A DNA stretch of 32,000 nucleotides from an uncultured Opitutales bacterium (GCA_934660865.1 CAKUIA010000014.1:37354-69353); one strand, 5' to 3'. Counted from the first letter of the stretch, positions 1 through 8,832 are shown. Notes: generated by a model not told the origin, from the sequence alone. Numbers and translations: made by a program.

Positions 1-1139
1 CTAATGTCTTCGTTGTTAACCTCTATTTTGTTGGCCTTTGCAACGCGCGAAAGGAAAATCCTCATTTTCGCCCTTATTTCGGCGTCTTTTGTGGCGCCTT
101 CAATCAAAGAGTCTTTGTTCTTTTCGAGAACGTCTTTTGTTACGCCCTGTTGCATATAGCGCATCATTGTTTCCGACAAGATTGCGTCTCTTTCTTCGGC
201 TACAGCGCTTTCGGGAAGGGCAAATTCAACCTTTTCCATAAGCTGGTTTACGGCCTTTTCGCGCTTTAGCACTTCGTTGTATTGGGTCTTTTCCTTTTCG
301 ATGTCGGCTGCAACCTTTTCGCGCAAAGCCTGTTCGGATTCAACCTTCAAAGTCTTGCAAAATTCTTCGTCGAATTTGGGCAATACCTTTTCCTTTACGT
401 CTAAAACTTCAACATCGTAAACGGCTTTTTTGCCGGCCAATTCCTTTATTGCAAAGTCTGCTGCAAAGGTTTCTTCGGCCTGCTTTTTGTCGCCCTTTTT
501 CATGCCGACAAGGGCGTTTACAACGGCCTTAACGCCGGGGGCGTTTTCGTTGCCGGCTTCTTCCCAAGTGGATTTTTGCGTGCCGTACATTGTGGCATTG
601 GGCACAATTTCAGACACCAATTTGCCGTCTATCTTGCCTTCGTACGAAACGTTTACAAAGTCGCCTTTTTTAACTTCGCGGTCTACGCTTTCGAATTTGG
701 CATACTGGTTTTGGTAGTATTCCATAACCTTGTCTACCTCTTCGTTTGCGGCCTTTGTGTTGTCGAGCTCTACCGAGGTTTTAAGCTCGGCGGGAACTTT
801 TACTTCGGGGTATACGTCTACCGTAATTTCGATTTCGGCGCCGTTTTCGCCCACCTGGGGCTTTGCGTCTACAACCGAGAAAATGTCGAATTCCTTGATG
901 TCGTTAAGGGCTTGTATGGCCTTTTGGAAAAGCTGTCTTTCGGTAGAGGCGGCAATGTCTTTTTCGAACTTCTTTACCACCATTGCGGCGGGAGCTTTGC
1001 CTCTTCTAAAACCCTGGATTGTGGCGTTTTTTACAAAGTCGGCTGTAACGGCCTGTTTTTCTTTTGCAGTTTCTGCACCGTCGAAAGAAACTAATACCTT
1101 CTTTCTGGTGTCGTTTATTTTTTCTATTTTTGTGTTCAT
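1..1139 (-). CDS. tig: Trigger factor, partial (C-terminus lies beyond the window start)
   Basis: This gene is not in the supplied ORF track because it has no stop codon inside the window. I reverse-complemented by hand from the ATG at 1139..1137. The frame stays open to position 1 (379 codons plus 2 nt): MNTKIEKINDTRKKVLVSFDGAETAKEKQAVTADFVKNATIQGFRRGKAPAAMVVKKF... It contains the trigger-factor ribosome-binding signature GFRxGxxP, followed by an FKBP-like middle region (KKGDFVNVSYEGKIDGK). Confidence 0.85.
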   Translation of the reverse strand, partial: MNTKIEKINDTRKKVLVSFDGAETAKEKQAVTADFVKNATIQGFRRGKAPAAMVVKKFEKDIAASTERQLFQKAIQALNDIKEFDIFSVVDAKPQVGENGAEIEITVDVYPEVKVPAELKTSVELDNTKAANEEVDKVMEYYQNQYAKFESVDREVKKGDFVNVSYEGKIDGKLVSEIVPNATMYGTQKSTWEEAGNENAPGVKAVVNALVGMKKGDKKQAEETFAADFAIKELAGKKAVYDVEVLDVKEKVLPKFDEEFCKTLKVESEQALREKVAADIEKEKTQYNEVLKREKAVNQLMEKVEFALPESAVAEERDAILSETMMRYMQQGVTKDVLEKNKDSLIEGATKDAEIRAKMRIFLSRVAKANKIEVNNEDI

Positions 1140-1223
1140 CTGTTATATTATAAAATTGTCTATAAAAACGTTTTAAATAAAGCTTTAAATCATGGAGAAA
1201 GCCCGTGTTCGGGTCAAGTTTTA

Positions 1224-2543
1224 TTAGCCTATTATTTTATCAAAAACGGCCTCTATTTTGCCCTGCGGGGCAATTTTTTCCAATTTCGCCTCTACAAGCG
1301 TGTTTTTTAGCCCGTTTTTGTTTAAATTTGCAACCTCGCAGTGTATGTAGTTGTCGGTATAGCCCAAATAGTTTCCGTTATCGAGCCTGTTTTCGAGCAA
1401 TATTTTGCCTCTTTTGCCAAGTTGGGCCTTTGCAAAATTGTAGTGCAGCTGTTTTGCGACTTTGCGCATAAGGTCTGAACGGCGCTTTTTTTCGCAATAG
1501 GGAATTTGGTTTGGCATTGTTTTGGCCAGTGTTTTGTCGGCCGCCGAAAACGTGAAGACGTGCGCATATGCCAATTTTGAATTTTGCAGAATGTCAATGC
1601 ACTCTAAAAAGTCGTCTTCGCTTTCGCCGGGGTGCCCGCAAATAAGGTCGGTGCCTATTGCAATGTCGGGGCACTGCGTTTGCGCGGTTTTTACCATATC
1701 CAAAAAATCTGCAACCGTGTGTTTGCGGCGCATTTTTACCAGCGTTTTTTCGCACAAATTTTGGACTACAATATGCAGGTGCCTTGCAAGCTTTGCGTTC
1801 GGCAAATTCATTCTCTGCAAAAGCGCTTCAAGGGCAAAGTCGGGCGGCTCTATAGAGCCTATTCTTACCCGCAAAATTTCGTCTATGTCGCAAAGGCTGT
1901 CTACAACGTCCGGCAATGTATTGTTTGCGTCTTTATACTGCGAAATGTTTATGCCCGTAATTATAAGCTCGCGCACGCCGCGCTTTGCAAGCGAAATGGC
2001 CTCGGCTTTAATGTCTTTTAGCGGGCGGCTGCGGGCCCTGCCGCGGGCACGGGGTATTATGCAATACGAACACGCATTGTCGCAGCCGTCCTGTATTTTT
2101 ATGTTGCTTCGGTCGCTTAAAATGGTTGTTGCCGCATTTTCGGTTTCCGTATTGGCCTGCGGCACGGGAAAAGGCGACATAAATACCTTTGCCGCATTTT
2201 CGGGCGGGTTGTTGGCTATTATGTTTGGCAGGTCAAATTTATAGTCGTTGCCTACAACCCATTTTACGTTTTCTATCCCGCACAGGGCGTTGGCGTCGGT
2301 TTGGGCGTAGCAGCCCGTTAAAGCCACGTTTGCATTGGGGCTTTTCGATAAAAAATGCCGCACGTTGTTGCGCGTTTTTGCCCTGGCTAGCGACGTAAGC
2401 GCGCAGGTGTTTACCACAATTAAAGACGCGTTTTCGGGCGAATTTAAAACTTCGTAGCCGAGCGAGCCGAAAAGGTCCTTTAAGACGACAGCCTCGTATT
2501 GGTTAACCCTGCAACCCAAAGAATGTATAAAAACCGTATTCAA
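1224..2543 (-). CDS. mtaB: Radical-SAM methylthiotransferase, MtaB-like (MiaB/RimO superfamily)
   Basis: 439-aa ORF with a TTG start. It has the N-terminal UPF0004 cysteines (HSLGCRVNQYE, VVNTCALT, LTGCYAQ), the radical-SAM box CDNACSYCIIP, and a TRAM-like C-terminus with GYTDNYIHCEV, as in MtaB. Confidence 0.8.
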   Translation of the reverse strand: MNTVFIHSLGCRVNQYEAVVLKDLFGSLGYEVLNSPENASLIVVNTCALTSLARAKTRNNVRHFLSKSPNANVALTGCYAQTDANALCGIENVKWVVGNDYKFDLPNIIANNPPENAAKVFMSPFPVPQANTETENAATTILSDRSNIKIQDGCDNACSYCIIPRARGRARSRPLKDIKAEAISLAKRGVRELIITGINISQYKDANNTLPDVVDSLCDIDEILRVRIGSIEPPDFALEALLQRMNLPNAKLARHLHIVVQNLCEKTLVKMRRKHTVADFLDMVKTAQTQCPDIAIGTDLICGHPGESEDDFLECIDILQNSKLAYAHVFTFSAADKTLAKTMPNQIPYCEKKRRSDLMRKVAKQLHYNFAKAQLGKRGKILLENRLDNGNYLGYTDNYIHCEVANLNKNGLKNTLVEAKLEKIAPQGKIEAVFDKIIG

Positions 2544-2610
2544 TTAGCCAACTAAAGATTAAACAAAGGATAATCTAAAAGTGTTAAAATTTCGTCAAGT
2601 ATTGTTTAAA

Positions 2611-2645
2611 ACAAAAAAGCCGCTCTTTTGTTGAACGGCTTTTGT
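2611..2645 (-). terminator. Candidate intrinsic terminator downstream of the FadL-like gene
   Basis: On the minus strand the sequence reads AAGCCG-13 nt loop-CGGCTT followed by TTTTGT. The stem is only 6 bp. Confidence 0.4.
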
Positions 2646-2651
2646 TAAAGG

Positions 2652-3905
2652 CTAAAACTTTAGGCTTATTTGCAGCGCAACCGTTTGGTTGTTGCCGAAG
2701 TAGTGCCCCTTAACATTCGCGTAGGGGGTTGTTGGCACTTCGTCTACGTTGGTATTGCCTATAAAGAAAAGATATTGATAGCCCAAATCCATCGAAATTC
2801 TTTCGTTAAACACATAGCCGAAGCCGCAGGTTAGCCAAAGCCTGTCGGCGCAGGGAATGCGCGCGGTTCTATATTCGTACGAGCGTATGGGCGTTTCGTC
2901 GAAAGCCGTGCCTATTCTTAGCACCAAATTTTCGTTAAAGTCGGGGTAGTAGTGCACGCCGAAAGAAATTCTGGAAGTGTCTTTCCAGTTTTCGTATCTA
3001 TACGAGGCAAACACGGGGCTTTTTATGTCGAGATTTTCGAATAGCGACCACATTGTGTAGGTGTAGTCGGCCATAACGGCAAAGTTGCTAAGTTTGCCCC
3101 AAAGCCTTTGATACCAGCTTATGTTGAAGGTATGCGGGGTATCTATTACGGTGGAAACGGGCGCGGTTATGTTGCCCATTGTGCCGTTGCCGCTAAGTTC
3201 CTGCGAAACGGAGCTGCGCCAGGCGAATGCAAAGCGGCCGTCTTTTGCGTAGTTTACCGCAAAGCCTATGTTGCCGCCAACGCTCCAAGAGTCGGCGGTA
3301 AGCCTTATTCTTTGGTTTGTTATGGGCCTGTCTTGAGTAAGTTTTGCGTAGAAATATTGCGCCGAAATGCCGCAGCCAACCGAAAGCCAGTCGTTTACCT
3401 TGTAGCAAACAGAGGGGTTGAAATCTACCGACATCAAATAGCTTGTTATTGCCATGTGTCTGCCGCCCCAAAATTCGGGGTAGTCGGTGCTAAGCCCGTA
3501 GGGAACGGTTACGGAAAGGCCGCCGTAAAAGTCTTCCGAAAATCTGTGCAAAACAAACATATTTGGCAGCGGCGTAATTGGCGCGCAGTTTTCTATTGTG
3601 CCGAAGTTTTCGCCCAAATAGTTCGAGCTTTCCGAAGCGTCTAAGCTTAAGTTAGGTATTATAAGGTTTGCGGAAATATCCACCCTTGTTTCGCCTATGT
3701 TCAGGTTTGAATATACCGCGCTTGCAATGTTCCAAAAGGCGGCAGATGCGTCGTTATTGGCGTTTGCGCCGGCGCCCGCTACGGCGGTGCCCAAGTTTGC
3801 GGCTCCCTGCTCCAAAATTTGGAAGCCCGAAGCGTATGTGTTTGTCGAAGCAAAGCCTATAAATGCCGCCGAAAATGCAGTTAAATACCTAAGTTTTTTT
3901 ATCAT
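2652..3905 (-). CDS. Outer-membrane transport protein of the OMPP1/FadL/TodX family
   Basis: 417 aa with signal peptide MIKKLRYLTAFSAAFIGFASTNTYA. The mature N-terminus SGFQILEQGAANLGTAVAGA matches the FadL hatch-region signature. The rest is rich in alternating aromatic beta-strands and ends in ...ISLKF. Confidence 0.8.
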   Translation of the reverse strand: MIKKLRYLTAFSAAFIGFASTNTYASGFQILEQGAANLGTAVAGAGANANNDASAAFWNIASAVYSNLNIGETRVDISANLIIPNLSLDASESSNYLGENFGTIENCAPITPLPNMFVLHRFSEDFYGGLSVTVPYGLSTDYPEFWGGRHMAITSYLMSVDFNPSVCYKVNDWLSVGCGISAQYFYAKLTQDRPITNQRIRLTADSWSVGGNIGFAVNYAKDGRFAFAWRSSVSQELSGNGTMGNITAPVSTVIDTPHTFNISWYQRLWGKLSNFAVMADYTYTMWSLFENLDIKSPVFASYRYENWKDTSRISFGVHYYPDFNENLVLRIGTAFDETPIRSYEYRTARIPCADRLWLTCGFGYVFNERISMDLGYQYLFFIGNTNVDEVPTTPYANVKGHYFGNNQTVALQISLKF

Positions 3906-3914
3906 ATAAACAAA

Positions 3915-3943
3915 ATAATGAACAAACGTTCACCGCAAGTCAA
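3915..3943 (-). promoter_or_regulatory. Candidate sigma-70-type promoter of the FadL-like gene
   Basis: On the minus strand: TTGACT (3943..3938), a 17-nt spacer, then CATTAT (3920..3915), ending 9 nt before the ATG at 3905. This implies a near-leaderless mRNA. It overlaps the palindromes listed in the next feature. Confidence 0.3.
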
Positions 3944-3966
3944 TGCTTAAGTGAACATTTGTTCAT
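3918..3966 (-). promoter_or_regulatory. Two copies of the 14-bp palindrome TGAAC-N4-GTTCA, together forming a 16-bp inverted repeat
   Basis: tGAACaaacGTTCa lies at 3919..3932 and tGAACatttGTTCa at 3952..3965, with centres 33 bp apart. The arms 3918..3933 and 3951..3966 are complementary at 15 of 16 positions. The one mismatch becomes a G-U pair on the minus-strand RNA. Confidence 0.6.
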
Positions 3967-4010
3967 TTTAATGCAATGCGCTTATTTATAAACGGTTAAA
4001 TATGTATAAC

Positions 4011-4039
4011 AAAAAAACGCCCAATGTAAAAAAGGGCGT
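4011..4039 (-). terminator. Intrinsic terminator downstream of the GH43 gene
   Basis: On the minus strand: ACGCCC-11 nt loop-GGGCGT followed by TTTTTTT. Confidence 0.55.
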
Positions 4040-4065
4040 TTGGCTTGTAAAATATATGAATTTGC

Positions 4066-5313
4066 CTAATTTTTTTTGTCGAAGAACGACAAGTCCCATT
4101 TGTCTTGCCAGTAGAACACGGGGGTGTCGTTTTCCCACTGTATTGGCAGAAATATGTACCTGCCGTCTATGGCGTCGTTCGGGTTCCAGCGGTCGCCGAC
4201 ATAAATAAACGAATCGGGTTTATTCTCCACCTTGATTACCGCGGTGCTTTGCGAGCGGAAAGTTGTGTCGGCGTCGGCATTGGGGGCAAATTTTGTTTCG
4301 GGCTGGCCTTTGCCGCGGCAGGGGTTGCCAAGCTCGTACCACGGGCCCATTATGTTGTTTGCCACCGAAACCCGTCCGGCATTGGGCGCCCAGCCAGTGC
4401 AGTGCGACGAAAACATATAGTATTTGCCCTTTGTTTTAAAAAGCGCGGGGGCTTCGTGGTATTGGCCTACAAAGTTTAGCGTGTATTTGCCCGTAAAGTT
4501 TAAAAAGCTTTCGTCCAATTCGGAAACAATAAGTGAAGAATTGCCAAGTGAAGCCGATATTATATAGGCTTTGCCGTTGTCGTCTAAAAATGCGGTAAAG
4601 TCGCGGCTATATTGGCCCTCCTTAAAATGCCTTGCAAAAATGTCGTTGGCCGTTCCGTTTTTTATCGAAGCTCCGTTAAAGGTCATTTCGCTGTTTTGCT
4701 TTCCCGATTTTACCAGGTCTACAAGCTCTTCGCTTGCATTTTGCGGCAAAACGTTTGCGTGCAGGCGCTGTGCTTTTACAAATTTATACGGGCCTTCTAC
4801 GCTGTTTGCCACGGCAAAGCCAAGCAGCGACGAAGAATAGTCGGGGCTTTCCTTTTCTATTGCGTTCAAGCTCGGGTCTTTTGCGGTTTTTCCCTTTCTG
4901 GGTTCCAAGTGGAAAAACATTACGTATTTGCCCGTCTTTTTATTGAACAAAACTTTGGGGCGCTCGACTATGGCGCCTACAAAAATTTCGCTTTCGGGGT
5001 TGTCCGACATTTCAAGGGCAATGCCCATATCTTTCCAGTTATATAAATCCTGCGAGCTATAGCAGTGTACGCCCAAAACGGATTTGTTGCCCAAAACGCC
5101 GCCAAGCTTGTGTTCGCCAAACATATAGTATTTGCCGTTGTCGAAAATAAAGCCGGCCCCGTGGGCGTTTATGTGGCGGCCGTTGTTGTCCAGCCAAATT
5201 TTTGACGGGTAAAAGGCGTTGTATTCCTTTATTTTTGCCGAATTTACGCTTGGGCTGGTGCAGCCGCACAATAGGGCGCCCAGCGCAAATATAATTGCCA
5301 GTTGTTTTTTCAT
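4066..5313 (-). CDS. Glycoside hydrolase family 43-like lipoprotein (five-bladed beta-propeller; possibly an exo-beta-1,3-galactanase-type subfamily)
   Basis: The ORF track starts this gene at 5352, which overlaps the upstream gene. The ATG at 5313 gives MKKQLAIIFALGALLCGC, a lipoprotein-type signal. The motif INAHGAGFIFDNGKYYMFGEHK resembles the AHGGG..G.YYW.GE block I recall from GH43 exo-galactanases. Confidence 0.75.
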   Translation of the reverse strand: MKKQLAIIFALGALLCGCTSPSVNSAKIKEYNAFYPSKIWLDNNGRHINAHGAGFIFDNGKYYMFGEHKLGGVLGNKSVLGVHCYSSQDLYNWKDMGIALEMSDNPESEIFVGAIVERPKVLFNKKTGKYVMFFHLEPRKGKTAKDPSLNAIEKESPDYSSSLLGFAVANSVEGPYKFVKAQRLHANVLPQNASEELVDLVKSGKQNSEMTFNGASIKNGTANDIFARHFKEGQYSRDFTAFLDDNGKAYIISASLGNSSLIVSELDESFLNFTGKYTLNFVGQYHEAPALFKTKGKYYMFSSHCTGWAPNAGRVSVANNIMGPWYELGNPCRGKGQPETKFAPNADADTTFRSQSTAVIKVENKPDSFIYVGDRWNPNDAIDGRYIFLPIQWENDTPVFYWQDKWDLSFFDKKN

Positions 5314-5317
5314 ATTC

Positions 5318-6103
5318 TTATTCGAAATTTGCGGGATATTGCAGTAGTGCATAGGTTAAAGCCGCCGCCATTCTTTGGTGGCCCTTTGCGTTGGGGTGAA
5401 GCCTGTCGGTGTCTTTATTCGAAAAATATTGGTAGTGCTTGGGCTCGTTCGGGTAAAGCCCGCAAAGCGAATTTAAGTCTATTACGGGTACTGCCCAAAT
5501 GTTTGTCGCTTCTTTTACGGCCTTTACGTAGTCGTCTATAAAAAGCCCCAGGGCGTTGGCGTAGCTTTCGTCGGGTTGTATGTTTTTGGGGCCGAATTTG
5601 GCGTAGCTACGGTGAATGGGCGTTAACAATATAATCTGTTTTTCGGGAAATTCGCTTTTTAAAAGCGCCATTAAAACGTTAATTCTGCCTTTAAGCGTGC
5701 CTTTGTCCAAAACCAAGTTGCGGTGTTTTCTAAGTTCGGTTTTGTCGTCGGCTTGTACTTTTTTATAGTCGTACGAAAACCATTCGCCTATGGGAACGGA
5801 GCGGTTAAAATCGTTTGTGCCCGCAAACACAATAACTGCGTCTATGTCGGGGTGATCTTGTTTTGCAAGCCTTGCCTGCGCCGTAAGCCCCGAAAATTGG
5901 CTTCCGTTTATGGCGTATACAACGGGTGTAATGCCCAAAGTTTCCTCCAAAAACTGCCAATAGTTCTTTTTTGTTCCAATGTGGGCTTTGTCGGAAATCG
6001 AGTCGCCCAAAAACGCAACTTTTTTGCCGTTCCACTGGCATTTTATCTGCGCAAACGAGCAGGCGCAAAAGGCAAACAATGCAAAAATTGTAAATAGTTT
6101 CAT
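5318..6103 (-). CDS. SGNH/GDSL-family hydrolase (esterase), secreted
   Basis: The start was moved to the ATG at 6103 (MKLFTIFALFAFCACSFAQ); the track start at 6157 would overlap upp. Block I is FLGDSISD, block III is GTND, and block V is DRLHPN (DxxH). Confidence 0.8.
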   Translation of the reverse strand: MKLFTIFALFAFCACSFAQIKCQWNGKKVAFLGDSISDKAHIGTKKNYWQFLEETLGITPVVYAINGSQFSGLTAQARLAKQDHPDIDAVIVFAGTNDFNRSVPIGEWFSYDYKKVQADDKTELRKHRNLVLDKGTLKGRINVLMALLKSEFPEKQIILLTPIHRSYAKFGPKNIQPDESYANALGLFIDDYVKAVKEATNIWAVPVIDLNSLCGLYPNEPKHYQYFSNKDTDRLHPNAKGHQRMAAALTYALLQYPANFE

Positions 6104-6119
6104 CGTATTTTTTGTTTTT

Positions 6120-6728
6120 TTATAGAGTTCCGAAAAGCCTGTCGCCCGCGTCGCCAAGCCCGGGCAAAATATAGGCGTTTTCGTTCAAATCGCGGTCGTG
6201 TACGCCAATGTATATGTCTACATCGGGATGGGCTTTTGTTAAAGTTTCTTCGCCTTGGGGTGCCGAAACAATGTTTAGCATTGTAATGTCTTTTATGCCG
6301 CGTTTTTTTAGCATTGTAATTGCGGCCGCTGCACTGCCGCCTGTTGCAAGCATTGGGTCTAGCACAAAAACTTTGCATTTGTCGGCATTGGGGGGCAGTT
6401 TGCAATAATATTCTACAGGCTCTTTTGTTTTGTGATCTCTATACAAGCCGATGTGGCCCGTGCTTGCAAAGGGCATAAGCTCTAAAAGGGCGTCTACCAT
6501 GCCAAGGCCGGCGCGCAAAATGGGCACAAGCAAAACGGGGGTTTCAACAAATTCGCCGTTGGTAGTTTCCAGCGGAGTTTTTACGGGGCTTTTTTTAAGC
6601 GAAAGTTTTTGCGTGGCCTCGAACCCTATAAGCAGCGAAATTTCCCTGACAAGCCTGCGAAACTCGCTTGTGGGAGTGTTTTCGTCTCTAAGCATCGAAA
6701 TTTTATGCTTAATTAAAGGGTGTGTCAT
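6120..6728 (-). CDS. upp: Uracil phosphoribosyltransferase
   Basis: MTHPLIKHKISMLRDENT... matches the Upp N-terminus, taking M9 of the listed ORF as the start. The PRPP-binding loop VFVLDPMLATGGSA is present, and the C-terminus reads YILPGLGDAGDRLFGT. Confidence 0.9.
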   Translation of the reverse strand: MTHPLIKHKISMLRDENTPTSEFRRLVREISLLIGFEATQKLSLKKSPVKTPLETTNGEFVETPVLLVPILRAGLGMVDALLELMPFASTGHIGLYRDHKTKEPVEYYCKLPPNADKCKVFVLDPMLATGGSAAAAITMLKKRGIKDITMLNIVSAPQGEETLTKAHPDVDIYIGVHDRDLNENAYILPGLGDAGDRLFGTL

Positions 6729-6875
6729 GTAATGGATTTTGCCGTTTAACATAGCAGAAAATGCTAATTGTTGCGCATTTAACTACAAGCAAAAAAGTGA
6801 GGGGAGTTTCTTCAAAAAAAAATGCGCAAAAGTATGGCATAATTGTCGCAAACTTTGCGGCGCGATATAGCGTAT

Positions 6876-6914
6876 TAAAAAATGCGCAAAGCTTTTCGGC
6901 CCTGCGCATTTTGC
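6876..6914 (-). terminator. Candidate terminator downstream of the Na/Pi transporter gene
   Basis: AATGCGCA (6881..6888) pairs with TGCGCATT (6903..6910). A/T runs flank both sides, so it could act in both directions. Confidence 0.45.
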
Positions 6915-6923
6915 AAATAAATT

Positions 6924-8636
6924 CTATGCCACGGGTTTTGCGGCGGGCTTTACTTTTGCCGAATCCACTTTGGGGATTTTGTCGTAAAAGTTTGAGGCGC
7001 GCTCTACAATGTTAAAGAGGTTCTTCGAAATTTTGCGCATGGCTTCAAGCAATTCCAAATATAAAATGCCGACTTCGGGGCGGCATTTGCCGTTTTTAAT
7101 GCGCTCCATATGCTCGGTTTCAAGGCGGCTTAGAGTGTCTACAATGTCGCTTCTAAACATATCCGAAATCTTTTGGGCGTCGGGGGTTTTCTTTTCCAAA
7201 AGCGAAATCGAAAATTCCGCCAATGCGTTAAGTTTTTGGCAGATTTGGTTGAACTCGTTTTCGGCTTCGGCGCTGAAAGAATATTTGTTTTTAAGCATTC
7301 TTTCCATTACAGAATGTATTACAAAGGTAAGGTCGCCTATACGTTCGGCGTCGTTGGTGCAGTGCAAAAGAACGGGTATTTGCTCGGCCTCGTTTTGGGT
7401 AAGGTTCTTTTGCATTAGCTTGGCGAGATATTCTGTAATGTCTTTTTGGCGAATGTCTACGTCGTTTTCGCGCTCTTCAAGCTGGGCAACCATGCTTTTG
7501 TTGCGGTCGTCGTTTTGGTTGTACATTTTCAATGTGCAGTCTACCATCTTCCACGACTTTTTAAGCATTTTGCGCAACGCCCCCGCAGTTTGCGCCAAGG
7601 CTATGGAGGGCGCGTTTAAGAAGTGCGGTTCCAGCCTCTGGTATTTTACCTTTTCCTCCCTTACGGGCACAATCTTTTCGCAAATTCTCGCCAATAGGGG
7701 AATAAATGGGATTAAAATTATGGTTGTGCAAACATTGAAAATTGTGTGCGCGTTTGCAATTTCGCGGGGAACATCGCCAGCCTTGCACGACATTTTTACA
7801 ATTTTAAAGAAAATGGGATCGCCCGAAACGGGAATGTAAAGACTTGCCACAACAGCGCAAACGCCCACAACATTGAATAGTGTATGTGCCATTGCCGCCT
7901 GTTTTGCAACGCGGTTTGCGGGAATTGCCGCAATTTGTGCCGTTACCGTGCTGCCTATGTTGCTGCCGAAAACAATGGCCGTTGCCGTATAGATATCTAT
8001 TAAACCGCTGGCACCCAAAGCCACAACTATGCCCGAACATGCCGAAGAGCTTTGTATTATCAGGGTTGCAACCAAGCCTATGCCTATTGCGCCGATAAGC
8101 GAGAAAAACGGAATGTGCCCGTTTTCGGGCATACACTGGAAAGTTTGGAACACCGCCATAAAGCTTGGGTTGTCGGAAAGCGACTTAAGGTCGTTCGACA
8201 TTATCTGCATGCCGAAAAACAAAAAGCCCAAGCCTATAATTGTTTCGCTCCAGTTGCGAATTGCCGGCTTGGGTATAAAGCTTACAACTAAACCCAGCGT
8301 GATTGCGGGCATAATAATCCAGCTAATGTCGAAGGCTACAAGCTGGGCGGTAATTGTTGTACCTATGTTGGCTCCGAATATAATGCCTATTGCCTGAACC
8401 AAACTTAATAGGCCTGCGTTTACAAAACCTATAACCATAACCGTTGTGGCGCTAGACGACTGTATTACCGCCGTAACCGTAGCTCCCGTAAGGATTGCCA
8501 CATATTTGTTCGACGAAAACAGCCCTAAAATTGTGCGCATTTTTTCGCCCGCAACGGTGTTTAAGCCGTCGCTCATCATTTTCATTCCGAGAATGAAAAT
8601 AGCCAAACCTCCGATAACGTTAAGTATCAATTCCAT
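6924..8636 (-). CDS. Na+/phosphate cotransporter (NptA/YjbB type) with a C-terminal PhoU-like domain
   Basis: 570 aa. The N-terminal region is polytopic with the duplicated Na_Pi_cotrans motifs (QSSSATT, GANIGTT and QSSSACS, GSNIGST). The C-terminal soluble region has a PhoU-like NDAERIGD. Confidence 0.85.
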   Translation of the reverse strand: MELILNVIGGLAIFILGMKMMSDGLNTVAGEKMRTILGLFSSNKYVAILTGATVTAVIQSSSATTVMVIGFVNAGLLSLVQAIGIIFGANIGTTITAQLVAFDISWIIMPAITLGLVVSFIPKPAIRNWSETIIGLGFLFFGMQIMSNDLKSLSDNPSFMAVFQTFQCMPENGHIPFFSLIGAIGIGLVATLIIQSSSACSGIVVALGASGLIDIYTATAIVFGSNIGSTVTAQIAAIPANRVAKQAAMAHTLFNVVGVCAVVASLYIPVSGDPIFFKIVKMSCKAGDVPREIANAHTIFNVCTTIILIPFIPLLARICEKIVPVREEKVKYQRLEPHFLNAPSIALAQTAGALRKMLKKSWKMVDCTLKMYNQNDDRNKSMVAQLEERENDVDIRQKDITEYLAKLMQKNLTQNEAEQIPVLLHCTNDAERIGDLTFVIHSVMERMLKNKYSFSAEAENEFNQICQKLNALAEFSISLLEKKTPDAQKISDMFRSDIVDTLSRLETEHMERIKNGKCRPEVGILYLELLEAMRKISKNLFNIVERASNFYDKIPKVDSAKVKPAAKPVA

Positions 8637-8715
8637 ATATGTTGTTTTTGGGGGTATTGTTGCAATATCGGCGCAAAGTCGGGCGCAAACATTGTTATAA
8701 TAGTATAAGCTTTTT

Positions 8716-8744
8716 ATTAGATTTTATTCTTTCGCTTTTGTCAA
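8716..8744 (-). promoter_or_regulatory. Candidate sigma-70-type promoter for the Na/Pi transporter gene
   Basis: On the minus strand: TTGACA (8744..8739), a 17-nt spacer, then TCTAAT (8721..8716). It lies about 80 nt upstream of the ATG at 8636. Confidence 0.4.
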
Positions 8745-8761
8745 ACGTATTAGGAGAAAAG

Positions 8762-8804
8762 AAAAAGGCGCACCGCAAGCAAATGCAAGTGCGCCCTTTT
8801 TTTT
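8762..8804 (-). terminator. Intrinsic terminator after the GH97 gene (structure is bidirectional)
   Basis: GGCGCAC (8767..8773) pairs with GTGCGCC (8789..8795). An A5 run lies upstream and a T8 run downstream on the plus strand. Confidence 0.55.
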
Positions 8805-8832
8805 GTGCGGCGTTTAAGCCGAAATTTTAAGG

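Noticed and set aside
38-1176. Plus-strand ORFs 38..241, 430..717, 576..1094 and 730..1176 from the track.
   Set aside because: They lie antisense to the trigger-factor reading frame and encode low-complexity, Phe/Cys/Ser-rich nonsense. No family motifs are present.
1522-2244. Long antisense ORFs inside real genes: 1522..2244 (+), 3108..3644 (+), 7009..7839 (+), 9890..10468 (+), 15848..16276 (+), 17890..18402 (+), 22544..23215 (-), 23453..23935 (-) and similar.
   Set aside because: Each is fully embedded opposite a gene with strong family motifs (mtaB, FadL, Na/Pi transporter, GH97, ATPase, HMA-like, dctQ/dctM). Their translations are Arg/Cys/Ser-rich with no recognisable domains. They are typical shadow ORFs of mid-GC coding DNA.
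5314-5352. Apparent gene overlaps of 35-72 nt at 5318-5352, 6120-6157 and 10860-10905, plus the upp N-terminal extension 6729-6752.
   Set aside because: These are artefacts of taking the longest ORF. Internal ATGs at 5313, 6103, 10833 and 6728 give proper signal peptides or the conserved Upp N-terminus, and they remove the overlaps.
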